NCBI GenBank assembly: GCA_004431415.1
Contig: QPMI01000281.1
Span: forward strand, 32,290-96,289
DNA from: Cyanophora paradoxa CCMP329
Taxonomy: Eukaryota > Plantae > Glaucophyta
DNA length: 64,000 nucleotides
Reading direction: 5' to 3'
Below the pieces are notes generated by a model. That model was given only the letters and a program-made list of their open reading frames with translations. It ran no database searches and was not told the origin of the DNA. Position 1 is the first letter of the stretch, and the number at the start of each line of letters is the position of its first letter. This document shows, one piece after another, positions 13,795 to 25,158 of the stretch. A program made the translations under genes and the position numbers.

Positions 13795-15772
13795 TGCAGC
13801 CCAAACAGCGAAGCGCTGAAGGCGATGCCGAGGCCCTCGAGGCCGACATCCGGCAGATGGCGCGCTTTCTGGGCATGAACCTCGACGACGAGCTGGACAT
13901 CCAACTCCTGTACATCGCGGAGGAAGCCTATAAGGCGAGTCACCTTCCGCCAGAACGCGAGCTAGCTCGAAAAAACTGAAGACAGCTTGAATATTTTATC
14001 GAAATCGTGTGCCAGGCTTTCGTGTGTGTGTGTGTCTTGTCGAAATCTTCGTCCGCTCTCATGGTCCAAATTGCAGGCACCGCTGCCTCCCTCCTGGACC
14101 GCCCATCGGGATCGAGACGGACATCTTTATTTCTACAATGTGACGACGGATGCTTCACAATACGAGCATCCAGCAGATGCCCTCTACATGCTCAAATTAC
14201 AAAACGAGCGCGCAAAGCGGCAGAAGCTCCGCGAGATAGCGGAGCAGAAGAAGCGTGCCATCTTTGATGCACAGATGAAGAAAACAATCTGCAACCGCCT
14301 TGGAAACAGGCACAGCAATTTCTGCTCAATTGAAGAAGTGTACGATATGGCAAAATATTTGGGGATCTCGATTGACGATGGGCGAGAGTTGACACTGGCC
14401 TGGATCGCCAAGCGAGCAGTGCTCGCCCCGCTTCCTGAGATCTATGACGAGTATGAGGATCAGCAAGGGTCCTCGTACTTCGTGAGTGAACCGCGCACCC
14501 TTCAACCTGTCTTCACATCCTTGTGCTCAACTCATGTTGCTTGCAGCACAATCGGGAGACAGGGGAGACATTTCGAACTCATCCAAATGACTCCATTTTC
14601 TTTGAGAAGGTGCAACGGCCCCGAATAATATAACAACTAGACCTAGCCCCCGCTTTGCCTATCAGCATTTTACAACCCTATCAGGTTGCCACTTTACGGC
14701 TCACTCTCAAAGGAGAGCTTGCGAATGACTCAATTCCACACGAAGATCGAAACGAGATTGAGCTGGCAGCATGGCGAGGCTGTTGGATGGAGATCGCTGG
14801 TCGAGGGTTTTTCAATTTGCTCTCATTTGAGCAGTGCACGGTTCTCTGGTTCACAAAAGCTGAAAGGTTGACGATCTCTTGCTTTTTTTGCATTCATCTT
14901 CTCACTTTTGTTTTCAAGGGTGGCGGCTGCCCTGCTTATCCAACGAGTTTGGCGGGGCTATAAAGTGAGAAGCACTGTTGCAATCGACTTCGTTAGATGG
15001 AGAGCAGCTCGCAAATTGCAACGACAATTTCGTTCGAGCCTGGTGACTCGTCTTCTAAGAACTGTCTTCTTGTCGAAGAAAGGGGCTGGTGAGAAAACGT
15101 TTTTTTTCAACTCTATAACTTGTCTCTAATGGCGATGCAGTGATTCGAATACAAACTGTGTGGCGTCGTGCTTTGGTGAGAAGCCGGCATGACGTTCGGC
15201 TGTGCCTTCAGCTGGCACTGGGTCGGCTGGCAGCTTCCAAGCTGATTTGCGCTGTTGCTCGGCATTATCTGGCAAGGCGCTTGAAGAAACGCCTTCAAAC
15301 CGGAATTCAGGTTGCTAGATTCCATGAACGTGAGTGCAAAGAATACCGACAACAAGTTGACGACTCTGGAACAAGCCCGACCAAGGCAGTCAGGCTCGCA
15401 TTTCACAGACTACCAATGCCAACTGTGGATTCTTCCCGTTTCAATCTCTTCTTTCCATCCGATTTCAGCCCACCATCCAAACCAGCTCAGCACCAGCGTC
15501 CGAGCTTGCCCCAGATCCCGTCCCTCTCATTGCTCGATTCATTTCTCTCGGAAATCGCCTCGCTGCCCTGCAAGGAGCTCGGTCCTGTTCGAGAATCGAC
15601 CAAGAGGCGATCGCTCGTGCCCTCACAGCCACAGTATCAGTATCAATCGTGCGTTCTCTGTTCTTTTTTTCACGACAGCGTTGCCCTCATGGCGGCTTGT
15701 AGCCTCATGGCGGCGTTAAAGGCTGGCGGGGGCTCGGCTGCACTCGTTCTGCGGGCAGGTTTTGGACGATGA
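13755..15772 (+). CDS. Protein with two CEP164-like helical+WW modules and IQ motifs
   Basis: MARFLGMNL..LLYIAEEAYK|APLPPSWTAHRDRDGHLYFYNVTTDASQYEHPAD and a second MAKYLGIS..LAWIAKRAVLAPLPEIY..GSSYF..HPND. IQ-like AALLIQRVWRGYKVR and IRIQTVWRR. 3' end uncertain. Confidence 0.72.
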
Positions 15773-15802
15773 GAAGCATGCACGAACCTAATACCGCATC
15801 AT

Positions 15803-16120
15803 CAAAGCGCTGGAGCTCTGCAGACGGGCCACAATGCTTCCGTTCCGCAAACGGCTGGCAAGAGGAGCTCCTGATGAATAGCCACTGGTGCGATGGGCCA
15901 GCGTGATGGTTGGGTCCCGGGAGATGGTGTGATAGTCTGTCCAAACACCGCTGACACTCTGCTGCGTAGGAACTCACTGTACAGGAGCGCGTGTACCGTT
16001 CGACGCGCCTGTGGAGCTTCTACGTGGATCTTGGGGAGTCGCTCGGTTTGCCTTTGGTCCCTCTTGAACTGTTTGTCATTTTCTAATGAGCTCTTAATCA
16101 CCCAGGTTCTTTCACGTCCA
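15803..16120 (+). pseudogene. 318-bp intron-containing copy of internal SYF1 segment 9009-9326
   Basis: Colinear with 12 substitutions counted by eye. GAA AAG has become GAA TAG (stop). Both introns are retained. Confidence 0.95.
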
Positions 16121-16214
16121 GGTACACACGGGATGCTCAAAGGGTCGGACGAATACACGGAGGGCGAGGCACATCGATCAAGGTTGCACAGTTGTTTTTT
16201 CATTTCGATCTCGG

Positions 16215-16665
16215 GGCTTTTCGATTCCGATCCGACCCTTCGCCTGCATCCTGGCGCAGGCTAAATCCGTATCGGGTCCCCCCCATGAGCTCCCGCCACT
16301 GCCCCAGACGCAATGCTGCTCTCAGTGCGGGTGTGCATTACTCCCCTAAAGAGGCGCATTACTCCCCTAAAAAGGCAACGCAGGGCCCAGCCGGCCAGCT
16401 TGCTGATGAGCTGGACCAGTTCGTGTCCAAATGCTGACTCATCATCCCGTACTTGTAGCCCGGACGTTGTGATTTGGTTTGTGTCCAAATGCCTACTTCA
16501 TGCTAAGCAAGCACCCGCACCCCGGGGCAAGCTAACTTCATGCCGGGTGCCCCAAATTCATAGGAGCTCCCGTCACCGCCCTGAGACGACCCCTCCGCCC
16601 CAACTTGCAAGACGCAATGCCGCACCGGTGCATTGTCCGCAGAAAGGCACATTACTCGCCTTCAG
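16215..16665 (+). repeat. Two diverged direct copies of a dispersed ~150-200-bp repeat
   Basis: Blocks (C)AGGCTAA..CGGGT(C/G)CC..GAGCTCCC..CAC(C/T)GCCC..AGACGCAATGC..CATTACTC at ~16255-16375 and ~16525-16660. The same blocks occur inverted at 23808-23925. Confidence 0.8.
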
Positions 16666-16801
16666 TGCACATGCCCAACTTATTGTTTGCATTCAATTCG
16701 AATTCGAAGGACCTTTCGGGCTACTCAATCAGATAGAGCACACGGTGCACAAGCAGCAGGAACGCCGGAGCTCGAGGAGCCCGAGTCGGCAGGTCGCAAT
16801 G

Positions 16802-17115
16802 AGCCGAATTCGATCGGCGATGTAGCCGGCCAGAAGTCGGATAATGTTAGCTACAAGTTCGAGATAGGTTGACTGGAAGAGCACGCGGGAGCTGGCCCTC
16901 TGCAGCTGGGCCTGGCGCGCTACTAGACTATTCGCGCCCCTAGGCCTGCAGCACGGCCTGCGTCAAGCAGAGATGGCAAGTCACATAAGCTGTAAGCTAT
17001 GGTGTTGAAGGTCCTGCTTTCAATAGGTCAGCCCAGCCCGGAGTCTTTGCATCGAAGCCACATAAGCTGTAAGCTATGGTGTTGAAGTTCCTGCGCTCGA
17101 TAGGTCAGCCCAGCC
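16802..17115 (+). repeat. 314-bp copy of the promoter/start region 13481-13794 of the WW/IQ gene
   Basis: Near-identical from AGCCGAATTCGATCGGCG to TAGGTCAGCCCAGCC, including the internal direct repeat. Stops 40 nt into the ORF. Confidence 0.95.
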
Positions 17116-17172
17116 GTTATAATATTATTTATGAACCAGATCGACCAGACCAGACCAGTGCTAGGGATCTAG

Positions 17173-19170
17173 GAGCGCATTCTGGTCCAAAATTAATACA
17201 GCAATTGGGTTGGGAATTATGTGTTGTGTGATGGCGCAGCGAGGGGGGCAGCGGGCTAGGCGACAGATAGCAGTAATGGAGGTTGCATGCTACTGAACAC
17301 GATACATTAGGCGGCGTCTAGCCCCGTCACCATCGGTTTTCGACCACTGCGGGCGCGGGATTCGCGGCGCGGGATCGGCAAGACAGCTACACGAGTGCTA
17401 GGGAATCGGCGCGCATAGGTCCTTTTTGCTAGCGGATCCCCGCTGCGCGCCCGCGCGCCAAGGTCCCGCGCGCCCGCTTGCGGAGGGGGGGGACAGCGAT
17501 TCCGTCATGCAGTCCGCGCTGCTAGCGCTCTGGTCGCGTTATGCATGCGCGGTACAGCGCAACGATTGCGCTGTGTACCGCTTCGGGTCCTCCGCGCTGC
17601 CGCCGCCGCGCCAGCGCCGGTTTTGGGGCTGCCCAAAACCGGGGGGACAGCGTTACGAGGCACCAGCTCCAGCCACACATCGCCCGGTGTGCGAAACGCT
17701 CGAGCGCGTCGCACTCCCCAGGCGCCGCCGCTATATCTGGCGCCTCCATCTGGCCCCGCTCGCCGCCGCAGTACACGCCGCACATCGCGGCACATGTACA
17801 GCTACTGCTATAGGTCCGTGGCTCACTTTGCATCGTGCTCGGTTCGCTCACCGCGGGCGATCCGGCGCGGCGCATCTGGCGGTTCGTCGCCCTCGCGCCG
17901 CCGCCGCATGTCAACGCGATCCCGTGCGCGCTCCATCACGAGCCGAAAAGCCGGCGCCGAGGTCTGCACACGCCCGCGCCGCCCCCTGCGCCGAGCGCCG
18001 ACCGCGGCCTGCCCGCGCTCATTTGCGCAGGGCGATCTCCGTTACCGCGCGTGCTCTGGGGGCACCTCGCCGTCGACGCATGGGACTCAATGGCTGCTGG
18101 CGTCTTGCGCAGTCAGAGCCAGGATCGCCGACGAGCTGCAGCATGCCTCCTCCGCACGTGGTTGTGGCGAAGCGCGCGCGCGCAGGGCATGGAGGCGGCA
18201 TGCTGCAGCTCGTCGGCGATCCTGGCTCTGACTGCGCAAGACGCCAGCAGCCATTGAGTCCCATGCGTCGACGGCGAGGTGCCCCCAGAGCACGCGCGGT
18301 AACGGAGATCGCCCTGCGCAAATGAGCGCGGGCAGGCCGCGGTCGGCGCTCGGCGCAGGGGGCGGCGCGGGCGTGTGCAGACCTCGGCGCCGGCTTTTCG
18401 GCTCGTGATGGAGCGCGCACGGGATCGCGTTGACATGCGGCGGCGGCGCGAGGGCGACGAACCGCCAGATGCGCCGCGCCGGATCGCCCGCGGTGAGCGA
18501 ACCGAGCACGATGCAAAGTGAGCCACGGACCTATAGCAGTAGCTGTACATGTGCCGCGATGTGCGGCGTGTACTGCGGCGGCGAGCGGGGCCAGATGGAG
18601 GCGCCAGATATAGCGGCGGCGCCTGGGGAGTGCGACGCGCTCGAGCGTTTCGCACACCGGGCGATGTGTGGCTGGAGCTGGTGCCTCGTAACGCTGTCCC
18701 CCCGGTTTTGGGCAGCCCCAAAACCGGCGCTGGCGCGGCGGCGGCAGCGCGGAGGACCCGAAGCGGTACACAGCGCAATCGTTGCGCTGTACCGCGCATG
18801 CATAACGCGACCAGAGCGCTAGCAGCGCGGACTGCATGACGGAATCGCTGTCCCCCCCTCCGCAAGCGGGCGCGCGGGACCTTGGCGCGCGGGCGCGCAG
18901 CGGGGATCCGCTAGCAAAAAGGACCTATGCGCGCCGATTCCCTAGCACTCGTGTAGCTGTCTTGCCGATCCCGCGCCGCGAATCCCGCGCCCGCAGTGGT
19001 CGAAAACCGATGGTGACGGGGCTAGACGCCGCCTAATGTATCGTGTTCAGTAGCATGCAACCTCCATTACTGCTATCTGTCGCCTAGCCCGCTGCCCCCC
19101 TCGCTGCGCCATCACACAACACATAATTCCCAACCCAATTGCTGTATTAATTTTGGACCAGAATGCGCTC
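17173..19170. mobile_element. 1998-bp near-perfect palindrome, putative non-autonomous long-TIR (foldback) DNA transposon
   Basis: Arms 17173-18153 and 18191-19170 are reverse complements (mirror ORFs sum to 36344) with a 37-bp spacer. Termini GAG...CTC, flanked by TAG on both sides (17170-17172, 19171-19173). No transposase recognised. Confidence 0.75.
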
Positions 19171-19253
19171 TAGTGTCCCTGATAGACCAAACCATGGCCA
19201 TGGCCAGACGATTACGATCGTCGAAGCCTTTTGATCTTGTGATAACGATTATA

Positions 19254-19302
19254 ATTACGACGCCTTTGATCTTGCTATATAAAATTACGACGCCTTTGAT
19301 CT
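19254..19302. repeat. Short AT-rich tandem repeat right of the palindrome
   Basis: AATTACGACGCCTTTGATCT twice at ~30-bp spacing, plus a degenerate copy near 19225. Confidence 0.75.
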
Positions 19303-19771
19303 GCGACTCGGCGATTACGCCTATAAAAATTATCGTGCGCCGCCTCGGCCCCGCAGGCTACCGACGGGTCCCGGCCCCGCCGGGCCTGCAGGAACTCCCA
19401 CGTGCACCGCCCAAGAACGTTAACGACGACGCGACTCGGCGATGCTGCACACGACACGCGCGCGGCCTAGGCCGTGCGGGGGTGGAGCGTTACTCCCCTT
19501 ACCGTAGAATATACGTATACGTACGGGCGCCGGCCTCGGGCCGGGGGGGCAACGGCCGGGCCGGCAACGGCGAGGGCCGCACCTTCCTATGCGTAGCCCA
19601 GACAGGCGTAGTACACAGCTAAATAGCTCTGTCTACGCTGAACGCAGATGCATGCATGCGCATGTTCAAGTTTCGATCGTGTCAGTGTGTTCGAATCAGG
19701 GCGAGAAGTTATTTCAAGCTAGTGCGCCCGCGGCCGCCGAAATCCGCGGCGCGGCCGTGGCTGCCTCCAGC

Positions 19772-22700
19772 ATGCCCGGTAAACTCAAGTTCAGAGTCGT
19801 CCATGCAACTTCCGCAGACGAGCAGTTCCCGGCGGCGGAGCTTAACTCGCACACCCCTCAGACCCGCGGCTGGTGCTCGGCCAGGTGCGTACAAGCCGCA
19901 GCATACAGTTGCGGTCTATGGCGCAACGCTGATGCAGCGCAGGTTCTGCGAGTACCCGCAGGAGCTCGTCGTTCAGCTCGAGGCGCCTGCGCTGGTCCAG
20001 CAGCTGCAGATCCTCAGCCATGAAGCGAAGATATCAACGCGAATTGAGCTGTTCATCGGCGAGCCTGGCGCTAGCTCGGACTTCCGCGCCGCCAAGTTCA
20101 AGCGCCTTGGGTTCGCCCATACGCGTGCGCCTCTGTGTCGCTCGCGCGCGCTGATCGCTCTTTCTGGTAGGCATCTTTCGCTCGACAGCAACGAACGCAG
20201 CTCGTACCAAGCAAGAGAGCTGAAGTCCGTCCACATTAACACGCGCGCTGCTTTTGTGAAGCTAGTGCTTCACAAGTGCTACCTAAACAAGATGAACTTG
20301 TTCAATCAGGTGCCTCCTCTGTTTGCGCGAGAAGCCTTCGCATCGCCAGTCACTTAGCTGTGGCGCCACTCAGGTTGGGATCATTGCGCTCAGTTTTGTG
20401 GGAGATGTTGGGCCGGTTCGACGCTCTTCGCCCACCTTCCGAGTTTGTACTCTGAAACCCTGTGCAGGCGGATTCCGTGAGCGATCTCAGCGCACCTGTC
20501 AGCAATCCATCACGTGTCAATCCTGGGCAGCAAATCGCGAGTAATGTGCGTTCTCTCTGTTCTCTTGCTGCCAATTTCAAGCAAATGATTTGGCTTGCAG
20601 CAACCAGCAGCCGACCTGATGATGGACATCACGCTTGATGAGTACGTCTCCCAGCGCATAAGGGAGCTGACTCGCAGCAAGGATGCTGCAGTTGCTAGTG
20701 AGTACATCGCCCTCCACGTCTGCTTCAATGCGTGATCTGCTTTGTAGGAGAGGACTACGATGAGGCTAAAAAGATTAAGGATTCCCTAGGCACGCTGAAA
20801 GATGTGAGATTTTCTGCATTTATTCATACATGGGCCATCTTTACTTGCTGCCCAGCTCGGCATCCAGCTTGCCAAACTGGAGCTTCAAAAGAAGCGAGCA
20901 GTCCAGCGGGAGGACTATGATACAGCCAAGAACCTCAAGGTGAGCGAAACATGTGGAGATAAGCAAGACATTCGTTAATTCCCGTTGTCAGGTGGAGATA
21001 GACAACCTGCGGAATGTAGTTGACCAAATCAGCAGTGGTCTTCGCACAGAATCCCTCTCCGCTGGAAGTCGGTCTGTCTCTATGTTACCATGAGCTGAGG
21101 CTTATAAAGATCTCACACAGTGACACACACTCGTAGGCAGCAGCCAGCATCCAGACAACAGCCTTCACGGGCTTTACAAGAAGCATCGGTGCCAAGTCCA
21201 GCAATCGCTGAAGCTCGGATTCCCTCCCGTGGGCCTTCTCGAGAAGCAGGTAGAGTTGTTGACGGCAGGGTCGACAGGAGTGATGTGGTGGGCTTCCGCA
21301 TGTCTGCTGCTTTTTTTCGCAGTCTGACAGGATGCAGCGACCACCTGTTGGCGACGTGGCTAGTCCTTCTCGCGATCCAATCAGGAGTCCTCCTTCTCGA
21401 CAGGCAGCCTCTGGAGGACTTCCTCCCCAACCACCTCCAGCACGAGTGCCAGAGCCTGATGGTGACGACCGCCCTCTGCCAGCTCTTGTGCGCCGTCAAG
21501 TCAACGCTGACGGGTTTGCTTTTATAATGGGCCAATCCTTGCAAAATTCTGCTTACCTTTGTCTTCAGAGATCCAGTTGATGATGGTGCTTTGTACCCAG
21601 ATGCTGCTGATGATGATCCAGGGGCCCAAGTTGATGATGCTGCTGACCCACAAGGTACCTGCTTTCATGAGATCCATAAACACTGAGGTGTTGATCTCTG
21701 TTTTTGCAGAGGCGGAGCCCCTTTCTGCTGCAGCACGAAAGGAGGCAGGAGCTCTCCTCGATGCATTTGGAGAAGAGCTCACAAGGATGGTCTATTCGAA
21801 GACTTGGACCCTGCGGGAGGCAGGGCTGAATCAGCTTATCGACAGAGCTTCATCTCCTGTGGATCCGGATGTACTTTGGGGTTTTTTCCTATAATGTTTG
21901 CACTCGCTCACTCATCCCACTTCGATGCAGGGCACTTCTTTGAGAGGATATTTCAAAGCTATCGAAAAGGCATTTAATGACAAGATTGCTCAAGTCTTCC
22001 AGCGTGGTCGTCAGCTGTTGGAAGTGGCAATGAGTGCATGGCTTTTTTATCTACTATGTCTGTGTGCACGTTTGACGAAAAGAACGTCTCTCCAGAAGGC
22101 GGCTCCTCCCATTCAAAGCAGGTCGTCCAGGGGCTTCTTGAGCCTGTCCTTGGTGCTGCTGTGAGCAAGTGTGGTGATGCCAACGCAAACGTTAGGCGGA
22201 GCGCAAGCGATTCCGTCGCATTCATTGCTCGTCACCAGGTAACTATTTCAGTCCAACTAAACCACGAGCTTGCTCATCCGGCTTCTAGCTTGGTGGGCCC
22301 GGGCTGGTTATTGCAAGCGTGATCAGAAGTCCAGAGAAGCTGGCAAATCCAAAACTCCTGGTTGGAAGGCTGCAGATTTTGGCGATGATTCTCACAGACT
22401 ACCAGATCTCTCAGGGCATCAACGTTGAGGTTTGAGAGCACTTTCCTGTTGATCTTTTCTTTTCTCACTCGATTCCTCAATTCCTCAGAGTGTTATGCAA
22501 TTCTGTGTCAGCCTCACAAGTCACTCGAGTGGGGATGTTCGGAACGCTGCCACGCGGGCCATTGTCTGTGTGTACAGACAAATTGGTCCCAAGATTGATT
22601 CGTATCTCAAGGGCGTGAAGGATCAAATTCTCCAGTCCATAACCACAGCTATGGAATCTGCTGATGCAGGCCGTCAGTACACTGACCCTCTCCCGGGGCC

Positions 22701-23359
22701 AAGTGCACCTCGAGAGGCACCGGTATGTGTGTGGGCAAGCTACTGAAACGATACATAGCATTCTGCTAATGCATAGCAGCCTGCAGCCAAGCGTGCAGCG
22801 GCAGTCATTGATGCTGCCCCGAAGGAGGAGAATGGAGGCCAAGGTTCGTGCCCATCTTTATCCTCATAAATCTCTTTGATCACTTTCGTGATGCTTTTCC
22901 AGCATGTCAATTCTGCTTGAAGAAGGACCCGAGCTTCAAAGACGATGCTGCTCTGGACCTCCACTTCGTCACGGATTGTACCATGCTGTGTGACTGCGAA
23001 GATTGTGGACAGGTCTGTACAGAATGCAGCACTGCCATCCATTTTTCTAACAATCTTTAGGTCGTTGAAATCGCCACTCTGAATGAACATCGCCTCACGG
23101 AGTGTGAGAAGAAGTTCAAGCAATGCAGTACCTGTGGGGAGGCTTTCGTAACACTTCCACATCAGCCATGTGTGCCTTCAAAACCAACTCTCGCAAGGTG
23201 AGCAGCAACTAAAACCGCATAATCTTTGACGATCGGCATATACATTGTCGTTGACTTGGTCTTCGGTGCAGATGCCCACTTTGCCATACGGACATTGCGA
23301 AGGCTGGATTCAAGAAACACATTTCAAATTGCTCAAAAAACAAGCGTGCTCACAAGTGA
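19772..23359 (+). CDS. CEP104: Centrosomal/ciliary-tip protein CEP104 (jelly-roll, UVR-like coils, TOG, Zn fingers)
   Basis: RGWCSAR|FCEYPQEL..LQILSHEAKISTRIELF, LDSNERSSYQARELKSVHI, NLFNQ|VGIIAL, EDYDEAKKIK, YSKTWTLRE, CQFC..LDLHFVTDC..C..CGQVVEIATLNEHRLTEC, RCPLCH. Confidence 0.95.
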
Positions 23360-23807
23360 TCTTCCAGCTATCTTTGCATTTGACGTCACACGTGATGTTC
23401 TTCTAGCCGCTAGCGCTAGTTGATCACGTAAATCTCCACCGGGACAGCGGCGGCGCGGGGTGGGGGCCCAGCTGCGGCGGCAGGGTGAGGCCTAGGTGCG
23501 CATCAGTAGCGGCGGGGCGAACCTGGAGTCGACGAAGCTGATGCAGCAGGCGGGGCGACGGATAGGGAAGCAGGCAGAGCGGCAGGTGAGGTCGGGCACT
23601 GTGCATAGCGTATATATAGCCTGCGCAGGGCCGGGGCAGGGCGAGGCCCGGGCCCAGCCCGGCGCTGCGTACTCGTACTAGGTTGAATGCAGTCCCTGCC
23701 TTCTCCCAGAAGGCTGGCCATGGGCCGTTCCACCGTGAGGCCCTCAGGGCCTAAGAAAGATCGATGCGACGAGGTGGTTTGTTGGAATCCGGCACCACAG
23801 GCAGTCT

Positions 23808-23925
23808 TGGGGCGGAGGGGTAGCCTCAGGGCGGTGTTGGGAGCTCCTATGAACTTGGGGACCCGGCATGGAGTTAGCCTGCACCCGGATGCGGGCGAAG
23901 GGTTGGATCGAAATCGGAAAAGGAA
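23808..23925 (-). repeat. Inverted copy of the dispersed repeat seen at 16215-16665
   Basis: Reverse complement reads GATCCAACCCTTCGCCCGCATCCGGGTGCAGGCTAACTCCATGCCGGGTCCCCAAGTTCATAGGAGCTCCCAACACCGCCCTGAGGCTACCCCTCCGCCCCAA, matching 16229-16300 and 16515-16603. Confidence 0.85.
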
Positions 23926-23991
23926 TTCTTTTGAGACACTGAATTCGAAAAATGTAGTTTTTTTGCATTTATCGATACATCGGTCATTCTA

Positions 23992-24054
23992 ACTTGCTGT
24001 TCAGCCCGGCATCCAGCTCGCCAAACTGAAGCTTCAAAAGAAGCAAGCAGTGCA
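23992..24054 (+). pseudogene. 63-bp copy of a CEP104 intron/exon junction (20843-20905)
   Basis: ACTTGCTG..CAGC(T/C)CGGCATCCAGCT(T/C)GCCAAACTG(G/A)AGCTTCAAAAGAAGC(G/A)AGCAGT. Confidence 0.85.
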
Positions 24055-24313
24055 CGGAGCACCTGCATGCGGGCACGCGGGGGAAGAGTCAGATCGAAAT
24101 CAAACGGACTGTCGTCGAAATCGAAATCGAGTGCACTTTGATCGGTAGCGTCCCAAAACGAGCGCCTGTGGACGGGCTTTGATCAGGAAAGCTGTGGGCA
24201 TTATGGGCGCGACACGCGCATGCACACACAGACATGGGCGCCCTCCGCCTCGTTGTACATGTGGAGACTCGGTAAACAAAATACAGCCTAATCAGTCGTT
24301 TGTTACTTTGAGA

Positions 24314-24765
24314 TCAGCCACAGAGGGTCTCCACAATGAGCTGCCAGTCCGACTGGCAGGTGTCAAAAGAGAGCTGGAGGGCCGGTGCGGAGGACACTTG
24401 CACCTGATGCTTTGTAACGGATATGGCGAGAAGTGAAACGAGTGATTTCTTATCTGAGTCGCCAACTCTGGTCGAGAACTTAGCGTACTGATCACACATA
24501 CGATCGTCTAGTCGAGTGAGCACCTGAAAAGCGCATGCGCTGCACACGGTTATTGGGCGATTTAAACTGTACACGGTACAAAATGCGCACCAAGCAGATG
24601 CGCGACGTCAGGAGATGGCGTTTTGTGTTTGAGGGATCGCAGGAGCGCGATGGTTTCCTTCAAAAGACCACGAGAGTATTTGTCGGCGGCAGCTTTGTAA
24701 ATATCGGATTCGCCTGGCTCGCGGCCAAGGGATTTGCGGAGGGCAGCGATCTCTTCCTCCTCCAT
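24314..24765 (-). CDS. Small hypothetical helical protein
   Basis: MEEEEIAALRKSLGREPGESDIYKAAADKYSRGLLKETIALLRSL followed by plausible GT-AG introns. No family recognised and exon structure uncertain. Confidence 0.4.
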
Positions 24766-25158
24766 CGCGGCCGCGACGACAGGCCGATCGATGCTCTGAC
24801 GCCGTGCAAGGCCGCCCGTAACCGACTTGTCGAATCCAGAGGATGCGGTGTGCTGGCCGGGGGCACTGTCGAAAGCGACGGCGGGCTGGGAGGAGCACAC
24901 AAGCACGCAGATAGAGCTCAAATTAGCTTGCTAAGCTTAGCTATAGCCGATTAAGCGGTAGTTACACTTCGCTAGAAGCAGAATTCGAACGCCGGCTGTC
25001 CCGGTAATCTGTGTACCCCGCCATCCTGAACGAGCGGGCGGGCCAGCGGCTTAGCGAAAGCGCGCGAATACATCCAATACAGAGGAGCGAGGAGCGCTAG
25101 GCCATCCCGTGCTGCCCAGGCTAGTAAACAGCGCCCCGCGTAGCGGTCCGCCTGAGGC

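Noticed and set aside
17426-18865. Mirror-image long ORFs in the palindrome arms (up to 299 aa)
   Set aside because: Arg/Ala/Pro-rich, open in several frames because of high GC, with no transposase or other motif. They simply reflect the inverted repeat.
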